Assembly (NCBI GenBank): GCA_963713975.1
Contig: OY970218.1
Span: 1,856,001-1,920,000, forward strand
Length of the DNA stretch: 64,000 nt
Source of the DNA: an uncultured Chloroflexia bacterium
GTDB taxonomy: Bacteria; Chloroflexota; Limnocylindria; Limnocylindrales; CSP1-4
Direction of reading: 5' to 3'
The position numbers were made by a program, and so were the translations under genes. This document shows positions 9,599-18,851 of the stretch, piece by piece. Each line of letters begins with the position of its first letter. The stretch's first letter is position 1. The notes under the pieces were generated by a model. That model worked only from the letters and a program-made list of their open reading frames with translations, searched no databases and was not told where the DNA came from.

Positions 9599-10591
9599 TC
9601 AGGCGGGGTCGGCCGAACCGTCGACGGCGGCGGTGTCGGCGAAGGGGATGCTGAGGCGGTCTGCGGCGGCGGGATCGTCCAGCGCGATCGCCAGCGCATC
9701 GGGGGCGATGCGCTTGATCAGCCCGGTGAGGACGCGACCGGGGCCGACTTCGATGAAGGTGGTGACGCCGGCTGCCTCCATCGCACGGATGGCGCCGATC
9801 CAGTCGACGCCCGTGGTGAGATGGTCGACCAGCTCGGCGCGGCAGCCATCGGCGGTCGTGATGACACGGGCGTCCGCATTGGCCAGGAGCGGGGGCTCCG
9901 GGTCACGGAAGGTGATGCCCGCGAGCACCCCGCGCATGCCATCCGCCGCTTCGGCCATGAGCGGGGAGTGGGCCGCGACCGACACCGGCAGCTCGATGGC
10001 ACGCTTTGCTCCCAGGGCCCTTGCGATGCCCAGGGCGGCCTCCACGGCGGGGCGCTCCCCGGAGACCACGACCTGGCCCGGCGAGTTGCGATTGGCGATC
10101 CCGAAGATCCCATGCATGGACGCCTCCGCGACGAGGTCGGGGAGTCGCGCGTCGTCGAGGCCGATGATGGCGGCCATGCGGCCTTCGCGTCCCGTGCCCG
10201 ACGCCTGCATCTGCTGGCCGCGGATGCGGACGAGGCGGACGGCATCGGCCAGGTCAAGCGCGCCTGTGGCGACGAGGGCCGTGTACTGGCCCATCGAGTG
10301 ACCGGCCGCGAAGGCGGGCTCCGGGATGTCCACCTTCAGCTCATACCAGCGCTCACGGACGGCCTCCAGGTAGGCGATCGAGGCGGCCAGGAGGGCCGGC
10401 TGGGAGTTCTCGGTCCGGTTGAGGTCCTCCTCGGGCCCCTCCCAGGCGAGACGGCTGATCGGCTCGCCGAGGGCGTCGTCCGCGGCCGCGAACACGGCGG
10501 CGGCGGCGGGGGAGGAATTGGCAAGGGCCCGGCCCATGCCCACGGACTGGCTTCCCTGGCCGGGGAAGACGAAGGCGATCTTGCTGCTCAT
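9599..10591 (-). CDS. fabD: Malonyl-CoA:ACP transacylase
   Basis: FVFPGQGSQ, GHSMG, NSPGQVVVSG, VSVAAHS, EVGPG. Confidence 0.95.
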   Translation of the reverse strand: MSSKIAFVFPGQGSQSVGMGRALANSSPAAAAVFAAADDALGEPISRLAWEGPEEDLNRTENSQPALLAASIAYLEAVRERWYELKVDIPEPAFAAGHSMGQYTALVATGALDLADAVRLVRIRGQQMQASGTGREGRMAAIIGLDDARLPDLVAEASMHGIFGIANRNSPGQVVVSGERPAVEAALGIARALGAKRAIELPVSVAAHSPLMAEAADGMRGVLAGITFRDPEPPLLANADARVITTADGCRAELVDHLTTGVDWIGAIRAMEAAGVTTFIEVGPGRVLTGLIKRIAPDALAIALDDPAAADRLSIPFADTAAVDGSADPA

Positions 10592-10644
10592 CGCCACACA
10601 GCGTACGGCGCGCAGGGTGCCATCCCCGGAAAGTCGATGCAGAT

Positions 10645-10679
10645 TTGCAGGAATACCCGGCCCGTCCTACGCTCCGCCG
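10645..10679 (+). promoter_or_regulatory. Sigma70-type leaderless promoter of the MarR gene
   Basis: TTGCAG(10645)-N17-TACGCT(10668)-N6-GTG(10680). Confidence 0.6.
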
Positions 10680-11369
10680 GTGAATCCACGCGTGAATGGC
10701 ACCTCGGACCCCAGTTCGCCGGTCGATACGACGCCCGCTGCGAGCCCCGGCCCTCGCCGTCGGCGCGTGCCCGCTTCCGATCCTGCGGCAGGGCCCCCGC
10801 TGCCTGCCGTGCTCGTGCGCTCTCGTCGCAAGCGGGCCCCCAGCCGGGTGATCGCACGAGTGTTCGAGGCCGACCTGTCGGCGCCCGTGGTTGCCGCTGG
10901 AACCCAGATCCAGAACGTGCGCCAGATCTCCGAGCGCGTCGCGATGGGCCGCGCCCTGTGGCGGGAGCTGGTCGTGGGCTTCGCGTCCCAGCTCGGCGAG
11001 CTGAAGCTCGGCTTCACCCAGCTGGCGGCGCTCTACGTCCTGGCGGAGGGCGCCACCACCACGGTGGCGGACCTGGCGGATGCCATCGGGCGGTCCCCGT
11101 CCGCGACGTCCCGGCTGGTGGACGGCCTCGTCAAGCGGCGTCTCGTCGAGCGACGTCGGGAGGAGGACGATGCCCGCCAGCGCTCGGTCTGGCTGACGTC
11201 CCGCGGCCAGGCCGTGCTGCGGATCGTCGACCGCTCACGGGCCGAGCAGTTCCTGACCGCGGTCCGGCCGCTGCCGCGCGGCGAGCGGGCCCTGATCGCG
11301 ATGGGCGTGGCTGCCCTGGCGACAGGTGCGATCAGCCGGCGCGGACGCCTGGTGCGCGGCGAGGGCTGA
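10680..11369 (+). CDS. MarR-family transcriptional regulator with long Pro/Arg-rich N-terminus
   Basis: TQLAAL..TVADLADAIGRSPSATSRLVDGLVKRRLVERR..DARQRSVWLT winged HTH; start inferred from promoter spacing. Confidence 0.85.
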   Translation: MNPRVNGTSDPSSPVDTTPAASPGPRRRRVPASDPAAGPPLPAVLVRSRRKRAPSRVIARVFEADLSAPVVAAGTQIQNVRQISERVAMGRALWRELVVGFASQLGELKLGFTQLAALYVLAEGATTTVADLADAIGRSPSATSRLVDGLVKRRLVERRREEDDARQRSVWLTSRGQAVLRIVDRSRAEQFLTAVRPLPRGERALIAMGVAALATGAISRRGRLVRGEG

Positions 11370-11416
11370 CGACCCCGGGGGCGGGTTGAGACCCCGCGAG
11401 GGGGGACGGCCGCGGG

Positions 11417-12844
11417 CTATCCGCAGTACGTCGCGACGACGTCGTACATGACCGGCAGGCCCCACCGCAGGGCCTCGAGTCCGACCCGCTCGTCAACCCC
11501 GTGGAACCGCTCCAGGAACCGCTCCTCGGGATCCAGGCGCAGGGGCGTGAACCCGTAGGTCGGGACGCCAAGCAGCACGGACGAGGACTTCGCGTCCGTC
11601 GCGAAGGGCGCCATGACCGGGATCGGGATGCCGTCGGGGTCGTGGGCCCGAATCGTCGCCACCAGCAGCTCGTACAGCTCGCCCGAGGCGGGGGCCTCCA
11701 CGGGCGGCGCGCTCTTCGCGTGCTCGATCGTGCAGCTCGGGGCCAGGTCGCCGAGCCGGGCGGTGACCTCCTCGAGCATGTCGTCGCTCGTGGTGCCGGG
11801 CAGGGTGCGACAGTCGATCTCGATCACCGCCTCGCCCGGGATGATGTTGTACTTCACGCCCGCGTGGAGGACGCCCGGGCTGATCGAATCGCGCAGGAGC
11901 GCCCGGATGGCCCGGGCGTACATCGGGTCGCACAGGGAGCGAATCGCGGCCTCGCTGCGGCGCGGGTCGTCGCCGCCGATCGCAGCGACGAGCTCGGCCT
12001 GCTCGGGCGGCAGCGATGCGCGAACGCCGTCCAGGAACTGGCGCATGACCGGCGTCAGGCGCGGCTCCCCGGGGGCGGCGAGCCGGCGCACCGCCTCAGC
12101 GGCCATGACCGCCGCGTTGTCCTCGCGTGGCATGGAACCGTGACCCCAGGTCCCATGGACGTGGATCCGGAAGACCTCGTAGCCCTTCTCCGCGACCTGG
12201 ATGGGGTAGAAGCGGCGCCCGGCCAGCTCGACCGATACGCCTCCCGCCTCGTTGAGGGCGCCCGCTGCACGCAGCGTCTCCGGCCGGCGCTCGGCCAGCC
12301 AGCGGGCGCCGTCCCGTCCCCCGGCCTCCTCGTCGGCCGTGCACGCGTACAGGACATCCCGGCGGAGCCCGGGGATCGGATCGCGGGCGGGATCCAGTCC
12401 GACTGCACGCGCCCGACGGGCGAGCAGCACGATCGCCATCGTCTCGAGGGCGACCGCCTGCTTCATGTCGACCGCGCCGCGGCCCCAGACGTACCCGTCC
12501 GCGACGTCGGCATCGAACGGGCCGTGGGTCCAGCCGTCCGCAGCGGCCGCCGGGACCACGTCCAGGTGGGAGAACAGCAGCAGGGGATCCCCGCCGGTGC
12601 CGTCCGAACGGAGGCGCAGGACGACGTTGCCGCGCCCGGGCACGGATTCGATGACCTCGGGATCCAGGCCCTCGGCGCGCAGGAAGCCTGCGATGAGCTG
12701 GGCGGCGTCGAGCTCGGGGCCGGGCGGATCCGGGGGGTTGACGGACGGGATGCGGATCAGGTCGCGCAGGAACGCCAGCAGTTCCGCATTGGCCGCATCC
12801 CAGGCAGCCGCCCCCAGGGCGCTGGAGGGCAGCGCGGTGGGCAC
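11417..12844 (-). CDS. M20/M25/M40-family metallo-hydrolase
   Basis: SHLDVVP, WGRGAVDMK, ADEEAGG, GHGSMP, FHGVDER. Confidence 0.92.
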   Translation of the reverse strand: MPTALPSSALGAAAWDAANAELLAFLRDLIRIPSVNPPDPPGPELDAAQLIAGFLRAEGLDPEVIESVPGRGNVVLRLRSDGTGGDPLLLFSHLDVVPAAAADGWTHGPFDADVADGYVWGRGAVDMKQAVALETMAIVLLARRARAVGLDPARDPIPGLRRDVLYACTADEEAGGRDGARWLAERRPETLRAAGALNEAGGVSVELAGRRFYPIQVAEKGYEVFRIHVHGTWGHGSMPREDNAAVMAAEAVRRLAAPGEPRLTPVMRQFLDGVRASLPPEQAELVAAIGGDDPRRSEAAIRSLCDPMYARAIRALLRDSISPGVLHAGVKYNIIPGEAVIEIDCRTLPGTTSDDMLEEVTARLGDLAPSCTIEHAKSAPPVEAPASGELYELLVATIRAHDPDGIPIPVMAPFATDAKSSSVLLGVPTYGFTPLRLDPEERFLERFHGVDERVGLEALRWGLPVMYDVVATYCG

Positions 12845-12847
12845 TCG

Positions 12848-13114
12848 CTACACCGCGGGCGAGGTGATGATCGCGCCGATGAACCCCAGCACGAACCCCA
12901 GGGCCACGATCAGCACCACCATCAGGACCAGGAACTGCACGTACGGCCGTTCGCGGCGCAGCGTCTCGTCCAGCTGCGGGTCATCGCCGCCCGCGATGTA
13001 CGGCTGCTCGAGGCCGCGACTGCGGGCCGCGACGTTGCGGACGGAGTCGTAGGCCTCGGGGTCGGGCGGGAGGGGAGCGGGGCTCGCGGTGGTCGCGGGG
13101 GTCTCGTCTGTCAC
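12848..13114 (-). CDS. Small membrane protein, hypothetical
   Basis: 88 aa with C-terminal TM helix; 3 bp from the M20 gene; -10-like CATCAT 6 nt before GTG. Confidence 0.7.
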   Translation of the reverse strand: MTDETPATTASPAPLPPDPEAYDSVRNVAARSRGLEQPYIAGGDDPQLDETLRRERPYVQFLVLMVVLIVALGFVLGFIGAIITSPAV

Positions 13115-13156
13115 GGGACCATGATGCCCCAGACGCGGGCCGCGGGTCGCGCTGAC

Positions 13157-14161
13157 TCAGGCCTCGTCGAAGATGGGTTGCAGCGCGGCCGAGTCCTCGA
13201 TGCCGGTGGCCAGGGCCAGGCGGAGCAGGATGCGGGCCTTCCACGGCTGGAGATCGGAGGCGGCGATCCAGCCGCGGGCGACCAGCGAGCCCACCGCAGG
13301 CACGCGCCCCGCACCGACCCGCGTCGTCTGGCAGACCACCACCCCGCCGTCACGCGCGTGCTCGAGCGCCTCGACCTCGCCCGGGGTCGGGTAGCCGGCG
13401 CCCGTGCCGGCGCTCACGATCCCGCGGGCCCCGGCGGCCACGGCGGCATCGATCAGCACGCCGTCCGCACCCTGGTAGCTCACTACCACGTCAACACGCT
13501 GAAGCGCTCGCAGATCCACGCCAGCGAACCGGCCCCGGAGCGTGGCTCCCCGGCGGGGAACGTGGTTGATGGTCACGCGGTCGTCCCCGTCCACCCAGCC
13601 GAGCGGTCCCGAGGCGCCGTCGCGGAACGCCGAGACCCGCAGCGTGTTCGACTTCGTCACGTCGCGGGCACCGTGGATCGTGTCGTCCAGCAGCACCAGC
13701 GTTCCGAGACCGCGTGCCCCTGGGTCGGCGGCCAGGCGTACGGCATTGGCCAGGTTCAGGGGTCCGTCGCCCGAGAGCGCGGAGGCAGGGCGCATCGCCC
13801 CCGTGATGACGAGCGCGGCATCGCCGGGCACCACGAGGTGAAGCAGCCAGGCGGTCTCCTCCAGGGTGTTGGTGCCGTGGGTGATCACGATCCCGTCGGC
13901 TTCGTCGCGATCCAGCACGCCCCGCACGAGGTCAACGAGGTCCGCCAGGTCATCGTCCGTGATCGCGTGGGCGCGGAGCCGTCGGAACGGGACCTCGGCG
14001 ACGTCGGCAATCCCGGCCAGCTCCGGCGCGATCCCGGCCAGCAGCTCGCCCGGCTCCAGGCGAACGCCGGTCTCGAGGTACGCGGCGAGGTCCAGGCGGT
14101 CCACGCCGACGGAGTCGATCGTGCCGCCGGTCGTGATGACGGCGACCCGCGGGCGTGTCAC
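13157..14161 (-). CDS. Asparaginase/glutaminase family protein
   Basis: ITTGGTI, HGTNTLEET, TGAMRP, DGPLNL; GTGA overlap with upstream gene. Confidence 0.9.
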   Translation of the reverse strand: MTRPRVAVITTGGTIDSVGVDRLDLAAYLETGVRLEPGELLAGIAPELAGIADVAEVPFRRLRAHAITDDDLADLVDLVRGVLDRDEADGIVITHGTNTLEETAWLLHLVVPGDAALVITGAMRPASALSGDGPLNLANAVRLAADPGARGLGTLVLLDDTIHGARDVTKSNTLRVSAFRDGASGPLGWVDGDDRVTINHVPRRGATLRGRFAGVDLRALQRVDVVVSYQGADGVLIDAAVAAGARGIVSAGTGAGYPTPGEVEALEHARDGGVVVCQTTRVGAGRVPAVGSLVARGWIAASDLQPWKARILLRLALATGIEDSAALQPIFDEA

Positions 14162-15153
14162 CGGCCTGGCTCCCAGTGTGGTGCGCTCTCGGGCGGCGAG
14201 TACCGCGCCACCCGCGAGATCAGCCGCCGGATCCGCAGCCCCTCGATCGGCCCGAGCGCGTACAGCGGCATCGGCCGCAGCCACACCGCGGACCCCAGCG
14301 AGACTGCGTCTGCGCCCGCCCAGAAGTACTCGCGGCAGTCGTCGAAGTCGCGGATCCCTCCGTTGGCGATGATCGGGAGCCGGAAGCCCGCGTCGCGCAG
14401 CTCCGCGACGACCCTCAGGCCGATCGGCTTGATCGCCCGCCCGGAGATCGCCCCGTAGCGGTTCTTGAGGTACGGCTCGCCCGTCTCGGGTCGCAGACGC
14501 AGGCCCTTGACCGTGTTGATCGCCGTGATCGACGCGCAGCCGTGGGCGGCGGCCAGGTTCGCCTGCCAGAGGTAGTCCTCGTCCGGGCTGACCTTGAGGA
14601 TCACCGGGTGGCGGCTCTTCGGGACGGCCCGCCGGAGCGCCTCCTCGAGGATCGTGCCGAACGGGAAGTTGACGTTGTGGCACGACGCGTTGAGCTCGAC
14701 GGCCGCGATCTCGCCCGGCTTCGCCCGCTCGTTACACGTCTCGATCAGCTGCTCGATCTCGTCGGCGCTGAAGCCGCCCACGCTCACGATCCGGTTCAGG
14801 TTCGCCGTGCGGACGAAGTACTCCTCGAAGTAGCGCTCGATGCCGATGTTCGACCAGCCGAACGCGTTGAGCCATCCGCCGTCCACCTTGTGCAGCGCCC
14901 GTCCGTAGAGGCGGAGCATCTCGGGGAGCTCGCGCAGGCCCCAATCCTCCTTGAGCGTGAAGTGGCCCTCGCGCGGCTGGAGCGACACCGTTCGGGTGGT
15001 GACGGCGCCGAACCGCTCTAGGGGCACCCACTGGGCGATCGGGGACAGGCCGTACAGGATCAGCCGGCTCTTGGATGCGCCGTACCCCAGGAGGCTGGCG
15101 CTGGTCAGCAGGCGGTTCCGGAGCCGGATCCCGTTGAGGTCGATGGTGGGCAC
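14158..15153 (-). CDS. Dihydroorotate dehydrogenase-like (class 1) FMN oxidoreductase
   Basis: LRNRLLTSAS, LNAFG, ELNASC, LKVSP, INT, GAISG, IIANGGI, GADAVSLG. Confidence 0.8.
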   Translation of the reverse strand: MPTIDLNGIRLRNRLLTSASLLGYGASKSRLILYGLSPIAQWVPLERFGAVTTRTVSLQPREGHFTLKEDWGLRELPEMLRLYGRALHKVDGGWLNAFGWSNIGIERYFEEYFVRTANLNRIVSVGGFSADEIEQLIETCNERAKPGEIAAVELNASCHNVNFPFGTILEEALRRAVPKSRHPVILKVSPDEDYLWQANLAAAHGCASITAINTVKGLRLRPETGEPYLKNRYGAISGRAIKPIGLRVVAELRDAGFRLPIIANGGIRDFDDCREYFWAGADAVSLGSAVWLRPMPLYALGPIEGLRIRRLISRVARYSPPESAPHWEPGR

Positions 15154-15176
15154 GGGCCAAGTATGCCGGGCGCCGG

Positions 15177-16127
15177 TCAGCGCATCGGGGCGAGCGGCCC
15201 CTGGAGCCCGATCCAGTCCGGTTGCGGCCGGTAGCCCAGCGCGGCATTCACGGCGCGCATCGGGGCGTTGTCATCGTCATTGCCGGTGTCGAGCGCATCC
15301 AGCCCATGCTCGATCGCCCAGGCGATGGTCGCGCGCTTGAGCGCCGTGGCGATCCCCCGGCCGCGGTACGCGCGCCGGACCGCCGTCATGTCGTGGTAGG
15401 CGACGGTGGTGCTGGCGGCGTCGTAGATCAGGCTGGCGTACCCGGCGACCGCGCCGGTGACCTCATCGACGGCCACGTAGAAGGCGTCCTTCGGGATGCC
15501 GACCCGGTCGACATCGCGCGCGATGAACGCGTCCAGTGTCCCAACGTCCATCGGCTCGTCGGCCGAGGGGATGTCCGGGAAGGCCTCAAGAGCCGTCGCG
15601 TGGACGCCGGTCACGAGCTCGGGTCGCTCCGCCAGGGTGGTGAGGAGGATCCCGACCGGCGGCGGTGCCGCGGGCGGGGTCATGCCAGCCAGCTCCAGCC
15701 GGACCATCTTGTTGCGTTCCGTCTCCACGAACCCGCGGTTGGCGAGGAAGCTGTGCCCTTCCTCGTGTACCTCGGACAACTCTGTCTGGAAGCCGGTCTT
15801 GCCGGCGGCGCGGGTTACGTCGCTCGCGGCCACGAACAGGGCCGACCCAAGGCCCCTCCGGCGCACGGCCGGCAGCACCCAGATCCCCAGCCAGTACCGC
15901 TCGTGCTCCGGGCCGTACATCCAGATGCGCCCCGCGGTGGCGGTCCCGACGGCGGTCCCGTCCGTGTCCAGAGCGAGGAAGCGAGCGCCGTCACCCGGAT
16001 AGGTGGCCGCCTGCCAGGCGATCTGCTCAAGGGAGTCCGTGTTCTCGGGTGCGACCGTGTTGCGGATCCGGACGTAGTCGGCCAGGGCCGTGTCGTCGTC
16101 GGGGTCGATGCGGCGGATGGTCGTCAT
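15177..16127 (-). CDS. Tandem GNAT-family N-acetyltransferase
   Basis: Two acetyl-CoA motifs (RRRGLG, RGRGIA); NAPMRAVNAALGY. Confidence 0.88.
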   Translation of the reverse strand: MTTIRRIDPDDDTALADYVRIRNTVAPENTDSLEQIAWQAATYPGDGARFLALDTDGTAVGTATAGRIWMYGPEHERYWLGIWVLPAVRRRGLGSALFVAASDVTRAAGKTGFQTELSEVHEEGHSFLANRGFVETERNKMVRLELAGMTPPAAPPPVGILLTTLAERPELVTGVHATALEAFPDIPSADEPMDVGTLDAFIARDVDRVGIPKDAFYVAVDEVTGAVAGYASLIYDAASTTVAYHDMTAVRRAYRGRGIATALKRATIAWAIEHGLDALDTGNDDDNAPMRAVNAALGYRPQPDWIGLQGPLAPMR

Positions 16128-16136
16128 CGGGACGCC

Positions 16137-17021
16137 CTACCCGAACTCTGCCCGCAGCGGGCCCAGCACGTCGCGGTGCGCTTCCTCGAGCGCCCGGGGC
16201 CCCAACGCCGCCGGCACGCCGATGACCATCTCCGTGGCCCCGGCAGCCACCAGCGCACGAGCCTGGACCAGCGCCCGTGCCCGCGACGGCGCGTCTGGCC
16301 CGGTGTGGACCTGGCCCACGAGCTCGAACGTCGCCGGGTCACGCCCCTCCGTGTCGAGCGCTCGCAGGATGGCCTTGCGCTTGTCCGCGAAGTACTCGAC
16401 GTTGCCCGCCTCCACCCCGGTCAGCAGCCACCCGGCCGCCCGCCGCGCCGCGAGCGCGATCCCGCGCGGCTTCTGGCCGCCCAGGAAGATGGGCGGACCG
16501 CCCGGCGTGAGGGGCGGCGGGGCGTTGACCGCCCCGGCCAGGGGGTAGAAGGGATCGGCCCGGGTCACGCCAGGTGCCGCCGCGGCCTCTGGCGAGCACA
16601 GCGCCTGCAGCACCTCCACCGCGGAGACCAGGCGGTCGATGCGCTCGCCGATGGGCGGCAGCGGGATCCCGAACGGCTCGTGCTCACCCTCGAACCAGCC
16701 CGCACCGAGGCCCAGCACGAACCGGCCTCGGGTCGCGTGGTCCATGACGACCGCCGCCTTTGCCAGCAGCACCGGGTGACGGAAGGTGTTGCTGAGCACC
16801 GCATGGCCGACGCGCACCCCCGGCACGTGGTGGACCAGCGTCGCGAGCAGCGTGACTGCCTCGAGCGACGGGCCCGGCACCAGCGGGTCCATGTCCGTGA
16901 GATGGTCGTTGAGCCACGCACCGTCGAACCCGCCGAGCTCCCCGGCGAGCCGCCACGTGGCGTCGAGCGTTGCCCAGTCGACCCGTTGCGGCGACGTCTT
17001 GAACGAGATCCGCAGCGGCAT
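16137..17021 (-). CDS. LLM-class (luciferase-like) flavin/F420-dependent oxidoreductase
   Basis: FDGAWLNDH, FRHPVLLAK, GRFVLGLGAGW, PPIFLGG; GAGGA RBS. Confidence 0.88.
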   Translation of the reverse strand: MPLRISFKTSPQRVDWATLDATWRLAGELGGFDGAWLNDHLTDMDPLVPGPSLEAVTLLATLVHHVPGVRVGHAVLSNTFRHPVLLAKAAVVMDHATRGRFVLGLGAGWFEGEHEPFGIPLPPIGERIDRLVSAVEVLQALCSPEAAAAPGVTRADPFYPLAGAVNAPPPLTPGGPPIFLGGQKPRGIALAARRAAGWLLTGVEAGNVEYFADKRKAILRALDTEGRDPATFELVGQVHTGPDAPSRARALVQARALVAAGATEMVIGVPAALGPRALEEAHRDVLGPLRAEFG

Positions 17022-17032
17022 CGGGTCCTCCG

Positions 17033-18787
17033 TCAGGCGCGGTCGCCGGCCCGGGCATCGAGCGCCCGCCGGAGTGGGGCCCCGCTCGTGATCGCGCCCT
17101 CGGACGCCGACGACACGAGTGCCGCGTACTTGGCGAACGCGCCGCTGGTGTAGCGCGGGGCCGGAGGGGTCCACCGGGTCCGGCGCTCGGCCAGGACCGC
17201 CTGATCCACCTCGAGGTTGAGCTCCCTTGCCTCCACGTCGACGACGATCATGTCGCCCTCCTCGACGAGGGCGATCGGCCCGCCGACGGCGGCCTCGGGG
17301 GCCACGTGCCCCAGCATCAGCCCGTGCGTGCCGCCGGAGAAGCGGCCGTCGGTCAGCAGCGCCACGTGCTCGCCCAGGCCCTCGCCCACGAGCGCGCCGG
17401 TGACGCTCAGCATCTCCTGCATGCCGGGTCCGCCGACCGGTCCCTCGTACCGGATGACCACGACGTCGCCCTCGTGGATCCTTCGTTCCCGGACAGCCGC
17501 GAAGCACTCGACCTCGGAATCGAACACCCGGGCGGGCCCGCGGTGGAACCGGCGCTCGTGGCCGGCCAGCTTCACGATCGACCCGTCGGGGGCGAGGCTG
17601 CCCCGCAGGATGGCGTGCCCGCCGGTCTCCTTGATCGGCGTCTCGATCGGGTGGACGACCTGCTGGCCCGGTGTCTCGACCACGTCGGCGGCGATCCTGG
17701 CAATCGTCCGCCCGTCCACGGTCTTCTCGGCGCCGTGGAGCAGGTCGCGCTTGAGCAGCTCGCGCATCACGAGGGCCACGCCGCCCGCCTCGTACATGTC
17801 CGACGCGGCGTATCGGCCGCCCGGGCGCATGTCGGCGATGAGCGGGGTTCGGTCGATCACGGCAGCGAAGTCGTCGAGCGTGAGGGAGATGCCGAAGTCG
17901 GCGGCGATCGCCGGCATGTGGAGGGCGGCGTTGGTGCTGCCGCCGGTGGCCGACACGGAGGCGATCGCGTTCTCGAGCGCCTGCCTGGTGACGATGTGCG
18001 AGGGACGGATGTCGTGGTGGACGAGGGTCATCACCAGCTCGCCCGCCTTGCGCGCGGCCTCGTCCTTCTCAGGATCCTCGGCCGGGATGCCGTTCATGCC
18101 CGCGGGCGAGATGCCCATGAACTCCATCACGGTGGACATCGTGTTGGCGGTGAACTGGCCGCCACAGGCGCCGGCACCGGGGCAGGCCCCGTTCTCCGCG
18201 TCGTACAGCTCGTCCAGCGTGATCTTGCCGGCGCGATAGGCGCCGATCGCCTCGAACACCGTGACCACGTCTGCGGGCTTGCCCTTGTAGGTGCCCGGCA
18301 TGATCGTGCCGTTGTAGAGGACGAGGCCCGGGATGTCGAGGCGCCCCAGCGCCATGGCCCCGGCCGGGATCGTCTTGTCGCAGCCGACGAGGCAGACGAG
18401 GCCGTCGAACAGGTGGCCCCGCGCCACGAGCTCGATCGAGTCCGCGATGACCTCCCGGCTGATCAGCGACGCCTTCATCCCCTCGGTGCCCATCGACACG
18501 CCGTCGCTGATCGAGATCGTGCCGAACTCCATGGGCGTGCCGCCCGCCGCCCGGATGCCCTCCTTGACGAACTCGGCCAGCCGTCGCTGGTTGAGGTTGC
18601 AGGGCATGGTCTCGATCCAGGTCGTGGCCACGCCGATGATCGGCCGCGCCAGGTCGTCGTCCGTGAAGCCGACTGCCTTGAGCATGGCGCGGGCCGCCGC
18701 CCGGTCCGGGCCGTCGGTCAGCGCGTGGCTGTGCCGCTTGCCGGGATCGGTGGGGCGGGAGTAGGGGAGCTGGCGATCGGCGGACAT
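17033..18787 (-). CDS. ilvD: Dihydroxy-acid dehydratase
   Basis: [45 protein letters not shown]. Confidence 0.97.
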   Translation of the reverse strand: MSADRQLPYSRPTDPGKRHSHALTDGPDRAAARAMLKAVGFTDDDLARPIIGVATTWIETMPCNLNQRRLAEFVKEGIRAAGGTPMEFGTISISDGVSMGTEGMKASLISREVIADSIELVARGHLFDGLVCLVGCDKTIPAGAMALGRLDIPGLVLYNGTIMPGTYKGKPADVVTVFEAIGAYRAGKITLDELYDAENGACPGAGACGGQFTANTMSTVMEFMGISPAGMNGIPAEDPEKDEAARKAGELVMTLVHHDIRPSHIVTRQALENAIASVSATGGSTNAALHMPAIAADFGISLTLDDFAAVIDRTPLIADMRPGGRYAASDMYEAGGVALVMRELLKRDLLHGAEKTVDGRTIARIAADVVETPGQQVVHPIETPIKETGGHAILRGSLAPDGSIVKLAGHERRFHRGPARVFDSEVECFAAVRERRIHEGDVVVIRYEGPVGGPGMQEMLSVTGALVGEGLGEHVALLTDGRFSGGTHGLMLGHVAPEAAVGGPIALVEEGDMIVVDVEARELNLEVDQAVLAERRTRWTPPAPRYTSGAFAKYAALVSSASEGAITSGAPLRRALDARAGDRA

Positions 18788-18851
18788 GCGTTCCTCGGGG
18801 CTGGGCGGCGGGGTGTTCCCGGCCAGTATCGCCCGCGGGCCGGGGGAGCCG

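Noticed and set aside
11501-14458. 985-aa plus-strand ORF and other long overlapping ORFs (e.g. 25121-27442 minus, 15222-17153 plus, 56554-58422 plus)
   Set aside because: Antisense or off-frame shadows of clear genes, expected in high-GC DNA; no recognisable motifs.
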